From Diplonema japonicum (lineage: Eukaryota > Protista > Euglenozoa: Diplonemea): a DNA stretch of 64,000 nucleotides. The translations under genes and the position numbers were made by a program. The notes under the pieces were generated by a model that made no database searches, was not told where the DNA came from, and saw nothing but the letters and a program-made list of their open reading frames with translations. Each line of letters opens with the position of its first letter. The first letter of the stretch is position 1. The DNA is taken from contig OZ025658.1 in the NCBI GenBank assembly GCA_964019335.1, forward strand, positions 62,001 to 126,000, read 5' to 3'. Positions 21,141-32,900 of the stretch are shown one piece after another.

Positions 21141-22010
21141 TTCCGTCTGAGCTTTTTTTTTTATTGATTGAGGAAGTTCGGGAGGGGGGGGGGGGGGGGG
21201 GTAATAAAGATTTGTCAAAAATAAGGAGTCGATATACAACTCCTTTTTTTTTGCAGAAATTTCTTCAAGGTTGGTTTACTTGTTCCAGCGGGAAGAAAAA
21301 AAAAAGGGAAAAAAAAAACCATAATGCATGGAGGTATTCCCCCCCCCCCCCCCCCCCCCCTCGTTACGTCTGCTATGATGGTTTTCTCTTTCGGTGTGGT
21401 TCTTTTCTTTTTTTTTCTTCTTTTTTCTGGAACCCTTGATTTCGAATTTTCGGGATTTTCCAGACCAATACCGGGTATGTTAAAAGGGTGGACTAGACCC
21501 CGCCCCCCTCCATGTTCGCAAAAAAAAAAAGAAAACCTAAAAAAAAGAAGAAGAAGTAAGGGAGCGGGGATACGGGTAAGTATAAAAGAAAATGTGTATA
21601 TCTTTTTTTAAGAAATGTAAAGTTTAAAAAACTGAGAGAGAAAAAAAGGGGGAAGCCCTCCAATTTAAAAAAAAAGGAGGTGGTGGGAAGAGCAGGAGAA
21701 AAAGAAAAAAAAAACAAAAAGAGGTCTTTGAGGGAACCTGCAGTATGTGACAGGATCGCCTAACGACAGTATCAAGTGTTTGATCCCTTCTGTCGTGGTA
21801 GTGCCTTAGGCCCGTTGTAGTATCTTTTCAGCAGCTTAGGTGATTCCCAGTTCCTTTTCGGAAAAAGAAAAAAAGAAAAAAAAAAGCAGTTATAATATGG
21901 AGTGGAAAAAAAAAGAGAAAAAAAAAAAAAAAAAAAGAAACAAAAAAAATTGAGATCAGAAGGAAAAAAAAAGAAAGAAAAAAAAAAAACTCATTATCCT
22001 TTTTTTTTTT

Positions 22011-23205
22011 GAGAAAAACTACACGACAAGCGAATTTGGATTTTCCACCAAACTCTGTAACCTGTTTTTTGCCCTTTATCCACGGTAACTCGAATATATT
22101 TCTCTATTGTTCACGGAAACTTGCAATTTCAAATCCACCAAACACGTTTTCAAAATATTTTGTCCACCAACAGTAACCACTTTTGAAATCCACCAACCAC
22201 GGCAACTTGGCGGCATATTTTCACCATTCACGGTAACCTCGAAAATGTTTCCCACCATCCACGGTAACCACCAAGGCTTTTTCCACCTTCCACGGTAACT
22301 TCGAAAATTATTTCCACCACCACGGTATCCTCGAAAAGTTTTTCCACCTTCCACTGTCCTTTACTTGACTGACTCCAAACCTTTATCACTACTTACCACA
22401 GCCTTCTTTGATTTATTTCGCCTTCTTCCTTATTCACAACCACGTTGCACAGCGTTCTAACTGACCCCCTGGCCAAGGACACCGTTTTCGCCACAATTGT
22501 GGGGACGGCGGTGGCCCTGTTTGGGTTTGACGAACGCAGAGCCAAGCAGAGCGTCAGAAAAAACAACCGTGCCACCATTTCTTTCCCTGTTGGCAATTGC
22601 AACATGCGGATTTGCGCCGCTGTCTCCACCAAGAATGACGCAAGCCACAGTTTCGAAAGTGGCAAGCACACAACGTAGGTGGGCCTTGGGTTCTGCTCAA
22701 AGGGCCACAGTCTCTTTCTCTGAGTGGTGCCCAGGGGGGGGGGGGGGGGGGGGTTTGAGTGTGCTGCAGGGTTGGATGTGTTGAAAACACCCTGCGTCCA
22801 CATTTGGGCTGTGGCCCGCGGGGCACAAGAACCACTTGGATCTCCTTCCCAAGTGTTTGCGGGTCGCCGCTTGGCGTTTAATGTATTTCGCCACCCCCCG
22901 CCCGCCTTCTGTCAGGGTCCTGTGTGAAGATAACCTCGTTGTAACTCAAGAACGGGGAGACCCTCGTTGGGGGATAAGAGGAAACTGAGCGAAGGAGAGG
23001 GGACACACCTGCGGCAACTGCAAGAAAGTGGGGCACAATGCCCGTTCTTGCAAGAACCCCCACCACTCGACTGCTGCGTGTGGAAAAACGAAATTGGGTT
23101 TCCGTGTTTGGTGGAAAAATGAAATTGGGTTACCGTGTTTGGTGGAAAATGAATTCGGGTTGGCTTGAACGGTGGAAAATTTTCATTTGGTTGTCGTGTT
23201 TGTAG

Positions 23206-23213
<8 letters not shown>
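22011..23213 (+). mobile_element. Internally deleted Mutator-like element (MULE) with subterminal repeats
   Basis: TIR GAGAAAAACTAC..ACGACAA at both ends, flanked by T-runs. Inverted arrays of ~30-bp CCACC..CACGGTAAC repeats. Remnants of the N-terminal Zn DNA-binding domain, SWIM (ECAAG...TPCVHIWAV) and Zn knuckle CGNCKKVGHNARSC. No DDE core. Confidence 0.82.
22040..22355 (+). repeat. Degenerate ~30-bp tandem subterminal repeats of the MULE (inverted copies at ~23080-23185)
   Basis: Repeated TTCCACCNNCCACGGTAAC(C/T)TCGAAAA on the left; GGTTACCGTGTTTGGTGGAAAA on the right. Confidence 0.8.
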
Positions 23214-23242
<29 letters not shown>

Positions 23243-23248
23243 CCCATC

Positions 23249-25607
23249 TTAAAAAGTGGTATTTGAAACCCTGCATACAGCACAGCCTAAAGCAAACTCC
23301 TCCGTCCCATTGGGCGGGTGATCCACACGGAGATTGCAAGTATGCCGCCCCTCGCAAGACGGCAGCTCGGCGATCTTCTTCTTGGTGACGAACTCACCCC
23401 GCTCCTGCATGCGGTGGCAAGAAATACAAAAATGCGTTGTTCCCCAGCAGAACCACTGTGCGACACTGCAGCAGAACTTACATTTGTACTCGATGAACTC
23501 AGATCCGTGTATCCGACAGCTTTTCAATTCACGGAAAGGAACACACGTGGCGCAAACTAACTCGGAAGGGTTGTACTTCCCTTGATCATCTTGAATATCT
23601 TCACATCTTTTAATACCCCCGAAATAAGGCCGCTCACAAACGTAGCATTGATAGTACGACAGGATTGCCTCGGCGTAACCGGGTGCGTTTTCGTAAAACA
23701 CGCCCTCCGGCGATGAAACTGCAGGGTCCTTGTCCAAGCCCTCGTGGCTGAGCCTAAGAGACGCTCCATTCCGCACCTCGCATCGAAATGCAACCAGATC
23801 CTTCAAAATGTCTACCAGCCCTGGATGTGATATCTCTGCAGAGCATTCCGGACACGACATAAACCCAAATGAGATCCTTGCGCCGGGCCATTTCTGAAGC
23901 AGTTGTTTGGTCACGCATTTATAATGAAATATATGACCGCACTTCAACACGGTACATGGCGCGCTGCGAAGCTCTCCTACATAACATATTGAGCACCATG
24001 CGGACCCGTCCTTGGCCGGGTTCGTGGGGCAGTTTTTTATAAAGCACGGCGGGCAGGTTTGCTCATTAGCAATGCCCGGGCAAGGATGGCCGCACGGCAA
24101 AGTCTTGGAACAAGCGTCCGTTTGGTACGCTTCGCATTCAACAGAATCGCAGATTTGCGGTTTCCGCTTCCGAGGCGACACCATGAAATCGGGAGGGGTG
24201 GCCACGGCACGGTCGCAGAAACGGCATAGTGTGGCTTCAGATAGGTCTTGATATTCCACACAGGTGTTGCCTAAGTGGTATGGGGTGACACAACAGCTTC
24301 CGCAGAATTCAGTGTCGCACGATGGGCATCGCAGGCGGTGGTGTACATAGTGCTCGTAGTACTTTTGGCTGAGGATTCTGCCGCCGATTTCTTTCGCGAA
24401 CACCTTTGAACAGTTCGCCGTTCCGGCGAGCCTTTCAAAGAGCATCTCGCAATGCGGGCAGTTGACAAAGGCCCCGTTGCTCTCCTCAACGAACTGTGTG
24501 ATCTCGCTTGCAAGCAGCGCGTCGTACTCTTCTCGTGAGAGGAAGTTCAACAGGTCGTACGCGGTGATGTTGGCCGTGCACTCTGCAGGGCAGCAGACGC
24601 TTCCCATGGTGGTGCCCCCTCGGGCAGCTTGCTGTTTTACGTGTTCCTTCAGACATTTCTTGCAGAACACGTGCTCGCACCCATCCATGTAGTATGGGTC
24701 CTCTAGATCGTCGTGTGCACCAGGTTCCAGTCGGAGGCTCTCGTTGCATATTTCACACGTTGGCAGCCCCGGGATCGGCACCGGCCGTGATGGGTACGTG
24801 TACCTTTGTTGTTGCCGTGACGATGCCTTTGGCGTGCTTAGACAGTTTTGCACGTGAAACTGAGTGGAAAAAAGTGGGGGGGGGTTTTTTTCTTTTTTTT
24901 TATAAAATACTTTCATCTCTTTGCAGTTCACCCGGCTTCCGCATCTCATGCACAGTTGTGTTTGGGGCTCGTCTTCAGGCCGACCTTTTTTTTTTTCCTT
25001 TTTTTTTTCCCCCTTGCAAAAGTGCACTAGTTCAGCGGAAATAATTTCTGCCCATAGCCAACGTCGCTTTCAAATGACAAGAGCACAGCAGAGCTGTGCA
25101 GCGGCCTGTGCCTGGTGGGACAGCAGAGCAGCGGAGAACTTGTGAGATCGTATCCATGGAAAGAGACGACTGCAATGACAACAGAACAGGTAAGATACCG
25201 AACATGTAGTTGAAAGTGTTCCCTGGCTGCGAGGTCTACCGCAGAATGGTGACAGGCACGTGTAAGAACCCCAGTCCACGGTGGGCACCAAGCACACACG
25301 CCAAAAATAGATCGCCCTCCCCTCCCCCATTTTTTTTTCTTCCAAAATAATTTAACATACCAGGCGTTGGATCTAAACTTATCTTTGGGTCTCCAGCATG
25401 CACCCGATGCAGGGGGCTCACCGGCGGCAGCATCGGAGCCCCTACTGCTATTTGAAATAAATTGCTGGCGCTGTTTTTTTTTTCTTTTCTTTTTTTTTCC
25501 CCCTCTTCTTTCTTTTTTTTTGTAAGAAAAATGAGGGGTGGGATGAGATACCTGGCATTAAGATTTGACGCGCTGGGTACTTCCGCCAGCCGGGGAGGCA
25601 CCGCCAT
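23249..25607 (-). CDS. E3 ubiquitin ligase: C2HC finger + RING + IBR + MYCBP2/Highwire-type RING-Cys-relay module
   Basis: C-terminus closely follows MYCBP2 (CGHIFH, WPGARISFGFMSCP, YFGGIKRC, YKCKFCCSVAQWFCWGTTHFC, HPPNGTEEFALGCAVCR). A 51-nt intron at 24860-24910 restores CMRC..EMKFHVQNC. The 5' exons (25607-25552, 25470-25361, 24984-24911) are tentative. Confidence 0.85.
25238..25314 (+). mobile_element. 3'-end fragment of sister LINE family, antisense, inside a predicted intron
   Basis: ACCGCAGAATGGTGACAGGCACGTGTAA...GTCCACGGTGGGCACCAA...AAAAATAGATCG, nearly identical to the reverse complement of 43214-43292. May extend left to ~25030. Confidence 0.75.
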
Positions 25608-25827
25608 CTTTTCCTTTCCCCTTCTTTTTTTCTTCTTTTCCCTCTACCTCCAACGTGTAATGGGGGGGAGGATGGGTGGTGTACACTGTTTTGTATCATT
25701 TTTTTTTTTGGATTTCAGAAGTGGGGGGGGAGACTAAACTTATAAACAGTGTTAAGAAAAAAAGGGGAGGGGGGTGGCAGGGGAACGAATTTGTCACTTC
25801 ACAGTGTTGTCTTCCAGTTACCCCACC

Positions 25828-26210
25828 TTACTCTGCGTAAGTAGAAATGCTCTTCCACAGCAATATTGCCCATTGGTGATGGTAAAAGTAAAGGTACGAT
25901 TTTGTTTCATGTGTCACAAAGGAGCCGAAGTTTCTACCGACAACACAGTGCCAGACTCCTTGGTGCTTCTTTTCCATCTGTTTATTCTCTTTTTTTTTCT
26001 TTTTTGTTCGCTGTACTATACCTGGTGTTTAATTTGTGTCGAAATGTCTTTTTCTTTTTGGCAGTTTTCGAAAGCCTGTGAAAAGCGTGTCCCCTCCCTT
26101 TCTATTTTTCTTTTTTTACCCACCTGCATGGCAAAATCTTTCGCATCTTCAATCAGATCTTTCTTCATATCTGCGTTCATATTCGCATCCTGCACCGTGC
26201 CTCGTGACAT
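25828..26210 (-). CDS. Dynein light chain LC8 family, 3 exons (96 aa)
   Basis: Introns 26076-26123 (48 nt) and 25978-26021 (44 nt). Spliced: ...[76 protein letters not shown]. Confidence 0.92.
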
Positions 26211-26988
26211 TTCTTTTTTTTTTTTTGTTCGCGCCCTTTTTTAATTAATTTTGTTTTGTTATTTGTGTACAAAAGGGGGAGATGGGGGAATAGATAAAAG
26301 CTTCTTAGAAAAGAAGATTTAAAGAGAAAAAGGGGGGGGGGGGGGAAGGACAACGAAGAATATATTCTCCCTTTTTTTGTTTTGTTTTCTTTATAATATG
26401 AATGTACAGCCAGAAAGAAAAAAAAACATCGGGAGAACAGAACCGTAAGAAAAGAAGAATAAAGAAAAAAATTCAGACTTTTTAAAAATAAAGAAAATAA
26501 AAATAAAAACCCACATGACAATAGCAAAACAACATGGCTCTGCAATGTAGGGGATGTAAGGCAAAAAGAAGAAGGGAAAAAAAAACCCGTTGATGGGGGA
26601 AAGGGAGAAAGTACTGGCAGCGGTCCACCTTTAAAAAAAAACCAAGAAGAAATACGGTATATAAAAAAGATGTGTACATTGAAAATATAGGAAAAAATAA
26701 TAATTCTTATGACTATGTCTTTGTTGTTCGCACGAGCAAAAAAGAAAAACCTTTTTTTAAAAGCTGTGAACGTTTTTTGCTCGGCACAAGTTGCACATAG
26801 TTATAAAAATGATCTTTTTTTTGAAAGAAAAATATTTGTAGCAGTAAAAAAAAAATAAAAAAAACGAAGTTCGATTATTTGATTTTTTTTCCCTTTTTTT
26901 TTTTTGGTGTGCAACTTCAAATTTACCTCAACGTAACTAGATGGAAAAAGAAACTCGGGGAAAAAAGAAAAAAAGAGAGAGAAGAGAA

Positions 26989-29900
26989 TCATTTCACAGT
27001 ACATCGCCTGCGTAAAGCCCAAGAAAGCGCAAAGACCAAGACCGCAATACAAATCGCGACCAAAGGGTCCAAGCCGTTCTTCTGAGATAAAACCGGCACA
27101 AGATACCGTGGGTACAACGACGCACCAAGAACATGAGTTTCCGGAGGAAGAAGAGTAGTACTGGAGTTGCACAAGGCCCATCCACCTTGCGATGTACTGC
27201 ACTCTGCTGCTGGTGGGATCAAACAAGTCCCCTCTACACATGGTGTGGCACAGTCACACACCGGGCCAAGCCCTGCCTTTCGATAAGCTTTCCATTTCCC
27301 TTCCTGGACTGCACCTTCACCCAAATACCACAGCACGCATGATGTTTCCCGCGAGTCGTATCCTATACAACCTCTGTCTTTGTCGCATCTTTCTTGACAC
27401 CCGCCGACTCCGTGTTGTACGCCCACTACCCTGTCGGCCCCTCGGAGTGGTGGTGAATACATCTCTCGCTGCTGGGTCACACGGCACAGCAAGGAGCCCT
27501 CGCCGTTCTGTACGCCGTTCAGCCAGCACACTCCGTTGCCGAAGGAGAACATTGTGCAGTTGCGCACCGCGAGGCATGCTCCTGCGCATTGTACATACGA
27601 CGTGTCGTGCTTCTTGTAAAGCGGCTGCACTGTGTTGGCCACTCCTGCTTTGCAGTCAAAGAACTCCCTCAGCGATGTGTCCACATGAGCTACGGGTACA
27701 GGCACCATGCAAGGGTGCTCCGACAGGACGGACAAAAGCGTGCAGTGTGGTGTCGTTAACACCCCTGCGCACCCTGGTGTCGCTCTGCATAGCATGACGC
27801 ACGTTTCCGGCTTCACGTTAAACGTTGCAAGTACAAAGTCGGGAACCTCGTCTGTGCACTTGTCGTGCTTCATGCAAGATGTGTACTGTTCCGTGGTTTG
27901 CACTTGCTGTGCGGACGGTGTGCGGATGCCGCATGTTGCCATGTGGTACGATATGCCAGAACACTCCTTCGTGTCCAAGCATATGGCTTTGCACTCTTCC
28001 AGACTGGTCTTCACTTCCAGGATGAGTCCTCCGACCAGTTGTACCCGTTCCGTGCACTCCAGTAAGGACATTTCAGTGGTGCTGTTTTGTTGGGAGTCTC
28101 CTACCGCCATTTCCGGTGAGCTTCGTTCACAGTACTGAAGTGTTGACGTTGCGCGGGGTCGAACCACAACCTCGCCGTTCCTAAGGCTGCACCTGCCCTT
28201 CTTCGGGTCATACACCACACCGGTACACTCGTCGCTGACCAGACGGCATCTTCCCACGCAGTCCTCGAGGCTGCTGATGTCTCTTAAGTTCAGCAGCATG
28301 CCGTCATCCACAGTGACGAGCCCCTTGCAGGTGTACTCTTGCACCAAAGGAGGCGGCTCTGGTATTTCTTCTGCCCACCCCCGCATGCATGAGGTGGCCT
28401 TGTGCATGACAATCCTTAGCATGGCAGGGTTCCCCTTCAAGAAGCAACTGCCCTCGGTTACTTCCAACGAGCGGCAGCTGGGGAGCAGTGTGCAGTGCGA
28501 AGCGCACATCTCCACACTGTGCTTCCCTTCGAGCTCCACCAACACATCACCTTCCACAACGCTGCCCTCCTCGCAAGTGTACTCTCCCATGGCCACTGTG
28601 TATGCCTCGCGAGTTGTGCTACAGACTTCCTCGTCTTCCCTCGAACCGACAACCCTGTTGTACTTGCTGCGCACTTTACACGTGTGGCCGTTGTGCGAAT
28701 AGGTAGCTGTGGCACACCCGGCAAGCTCTGCGCAGCGTTTTGAGCACTCGGCCATACTCGCCGTGCCCGTTATCACACTCAGTACGCCGCCCACAGCTGT
28801 TTGACCCTTCTCGCAAGTCAGGTACTCAGCAGCGGCGTCCCTGGTAGCCTGACACACACTGTCAGTGCCCTCTTCGATGCGCTTCACATCCTCAGCAAAC
28901 ACACTGCATGTCTGCTGTTCTTCGTTATACGCTGTGAAGCTGCAGCCCTGATACATGTCACAGATACCGTCGCAGCTACCTTGCACGATGACCTCTGGCA
29001 TCCCAATGACCATCCTGTCCGGATGGCACTCTTTCTTCATGAGCCTCTCGCTGCCGTGCCCTTTTTTCACGCACATGGTGTTGCCCGTCAAAGTCAGGTC
29101 CATCAGACACTCATTTCCGCTGAACCTGATGCCTTTGCAGCTGGTCCTGTTCTCGCACTTTTCCCAGCAGTCGTGCAGCATGTGGTGGGTGACGTGCGGT
29201 GCGTGGTGCACGGAGCATGCCTTCAACATGCTGGGCTTGCTGGTGGCATAGAGTGTAGTTTGTGTGACCCCGCTGTTATGCAGAGTGCAGAGGGTCCCGT
29301 TGTACACGGAGTGCTCGCAACGTGTGTTCTTCAAGCACGACGTGTAGCAGGCTTCTGCCTCGTCATCGTTCGTGGTGTGCAGGATGTTGCCAATCTTCAC
29401 TAACTCTGCTGACGAGATAACGCCGCCTGTCCCGTTGTTTCCGAGCAGCGTGAAGAATTGGCCACTCGCCTTGGCACTACTAATCACAGGTTCCAAGAGC
29501 AGCCGCAGCTCTCGCTTTGTGGCGACACTCGCGTCTGCTGTGACACTGACATCGATCCTGGTCGGGCCCTTCCGCACCTCGTTGCCAACCTTGACAATCG
29601 TGATACCCGCTTGTTCGAAGAGGTTGCGGTACGCCATGCCGGTTTCCTTCGGTTCCTTGCTTGTGGTGGTTGCGATGGTGACAGTCGTGGTTGTTGCCGT
29701 GTCGTGCTTCTCGTTGGTAGGCTGATGGCCGCCCTTCTGCACCTTGCACGATATGATGTTGGTGAAGCCAGGGATCGCTGTTGCAAAAGACGACCTTGCT
29801 GTGCAGACGAGCTCTGAAGGCGAGTACTCAGCAACAACGCAAGCATCGGCAGCTCTGCTGCAAAAGGCTTTGCAGTCGTCGATGGAGATGACGCTGTTCA

Positions 29901-32900
29901 CCTGGAACAGTTCGCCGCTGATATACTTTGTGCGCGAGCACTCGTACTCCATGGCGACACGTGGTTGCTCGCCAGTGACGCAGGCTACTCCTTCGAAGTC
30001 TTCTGCGTCTATGGGCACAGCGTCGCGGGTGCGCATCTCGCAGATCCCGTCATGGTATACTAGACCGTCACAGGCGGACACTTCACCGCACAGCACCCTG
30101 CACTTGCTCTCTGAAGCCTTTATAATCAGCAGCTCGCCCCCGATGAGCATCTTCTTGTGGTAGCAATGGGTGGGTGTTGAGTGGTTCACGGAGTCCTCCC
30201 GCACCTTCGAGCACGTTATGGCACCGCTGTTGCCCACAGCAGCCTCTAGCACGGCGTCGTCCGACTTCAATGAGCAAGCTTTGTCCGAGTAGCTGAACCC
30301 TACACATTCACCGTCACTGCTGCACCTGTCCCTGCACCCCTCTGCAGTGTCGCTGTATGATTTGATGGTCCCTCCGATGTACATGCCACCACATGTATAC
30401 TTTACTACCAGTCCCCTGTCTTCTACGACTGCTTTGGCAGCAGCGAGGTCGATGTCCCTCCTACTGACCTTTACGTCATGCGGTAACTTGACTGCCAAAC
30501 GCACTTCTGCCTTGTTACTCGCTTCCAGCACTCCAAACTGGCGCACAGCAATCCTGTTCCCTGCGACTCCCGTGTCGCCCGTGAGCTCTACGATCTCCAG
30601 CGTCACCCAAGAAGGGTCAATGGACAATGCTGCTGCGATGGCCTTGATGAAGCGCTGCTTCTTCGCCATGAACTCATCCGCATGAAGTGGGACCATCAGA
30701 GATACCGCCGTGCGAACGCCCTGCGGCTTCACAGCGGGGGCTGGAGTGTCACATGTGATGTTCATGCACGTCAGCACCTCACACAACACGGAAGGGTCGT
30801 GTTTGAGAACGTTCCATATCTTAGGGATGGCCTGCACCACTGCAGCGGGGATGTCTGTCTCGTCATCGGCGGCCTTACGGTACTCTCGTATGAAAGCCTC
30901 CACAGGGTCCTCTGTTGGCACGTCGATGGGCACTGCAGTGGCCACTGGTTCTTGCGTGGGAGCGATTGTTGGGTTTGCAGTAGGTTCTGCAGTAGGTTCT
31001 GCAGTGGGTTCGGAAGTAGGCTCTGCAGTGGACTGTGCCGTCGGTACTGCAGTGGGCGTGGAAGTTGGTTCGGCAGTCGGAACACTTGTCGGCTCTGCTG
31101 TGGGGGGCACCGTAGGTGCTGCTGTGCTCACAGGCTCTGTTGTCTCAGGAGCATTTGTGACCACGGGTACAGGAGTGCTCTCTATGAATGGTGTCACCTT
31201 CAGCACTTCCACCTTCTCCTCTGACACCCCAAACGTCTGAGCGACAGACTTTATCCACGCCCCTTCGTACTCAAGTTTTGACTCAAAGTCCACAGGTGCC
31301 TCGTTTTCCCCATCAACAGGAGCCTCGTTCTCTTCATGGATGCAGATGTTCGTGATGTTTACGATGGAGCTTCTGTTGGTGACCCATCCTACGGGCTCTG
31401 TGTCGCGCAGCTGTGCTAGGCCGTTCGAGACCAACACCGGATTGAGAGATGCTCGGAAGATAGATAGCGTGTCGGTCAACTCGAGGTTGAAGAGGGACTT
31501 AGCTAATGCACCGAGGTCTTGTGATACGTCGTCGAGTTTGATAGTGTACCGCGTGACGATGGTGAGCCCCTGGTTGTCGCCAGTCTCAGTGGCATTCCTG
31601 CCATCGAAGGCACGTGGAGTCAGGTGGTATGCAAGAACGGCTTCAACGTCGACGGTCGTCACGTAGCACCCGTTGGGGCTGTCGCCCTTTTGGAGTTTAG
31701 TCATCTCGATGTGGTGAAGGGTGGTGGCTCTACGGCTTTGATGTGGAGGCGTGCAGAATGTCCAACCGCCTACTTGCTCAGTCGCACACCCACGGTTGCC
31801 CACCATGCACCAGCTCGGCACCGCAGGGTCATCGCAGGCAATAGATGGGCACCCGTGCTGCTTCTCACCGCACGACCCACTCACATCTGTTCGCGTCCAT
31901 TCTTCCAGACACTCGCAGGGCTTCTTCTCAGCTTTTCTGCAAGCCATGGGTGCGTTCGGCACATTTGCCTTTCTGACTTCCACCGTCTTCAATATGCAGC
32001 TTGTTCCGTCTGCTATTACTAAAACACAGGCCTCCAGCTTGTCGCACTGCCCCTTGCATGCCTCCACAGGGATGTTCTCCAGCACTGCAAGGTCCCCTTC
32101 TATATACCCCTGTCTGTCGCACCAATAATTACCAGAGGCTTCTACTGAAGTATTAGTGTGTTTCAGGCAAGCACCACCCTTCGACTCGCTCGTCCCCGCA
32201 CTCATATCGGAGAACAAGTTGCAGCTATCTCCCAACATAGAGGTCCCCTTGCAGCCAGCAATACTCGCGCAACGTTTATTGCAGTCCTTAAGAGAGAGGC
32301 CTGTGAAGGTCACAAGGGGGGTGCCTTCTCTGATGTTTGGACCGCACTTGAAGACCATGTAAGGTACTTCGGGGACAGTGTGCTCGGAGACGTCACCGAT
32401 GGAGGGGATCCAGATCTTGTCACGGACCTCCCACGAGGCCACCTTCGTGGGGTCGGTCACATCTGAGGAGGATCGTACGATGCCCTGCTTGTGTTTCACA
32501 CCGGTACCTACAGCAACCTGCCACCTGCCCTCCGCCTTGAACAAGGTCTTGTCATTGTTCGTGTAGTCACCCTCTTTGTTCAATACGTACTCCCCACGCA
32601 GCTGTGTCACTTCTGGGAAGTCGACGTACACCTGTGCAGGCTGCGCAGCGGTGCTTAACTCTTCTTTCCTTATGCACGCCACATTGCCCTCCTCGTGCAC
32701 TATCTCTTCCTGTTTCGAGATGCGGCATTCTTTTTTGCTGTATGAGAAACATTTGCAATTTGACATTTCCGTGCACTTCGCTTCGCATTCACGTGGAGCA
32801 AGCGGCAACGTCAGTAGGATACTGTCGTCGGAGCACCCCTTATCCCTGTTGCATAAGAAGGTGGAGGATTGGATGGGGATCGCCACAGGCAGGCATGCTG

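Noticed and set aside
21720-21862. Island of complex sequence, possibly an exon or snoRNA
   Set aside because: Stops in the plausible frame; no clear C/D boxes or splice partners; cannot be assigned.
22040-22355. CRISPR-like ~30-bp periodic repeats
   Set aside because: Degenerate tandem units without unique spacers, mirrored at the other end of a MULE; eukaryotic context and no cas genes.
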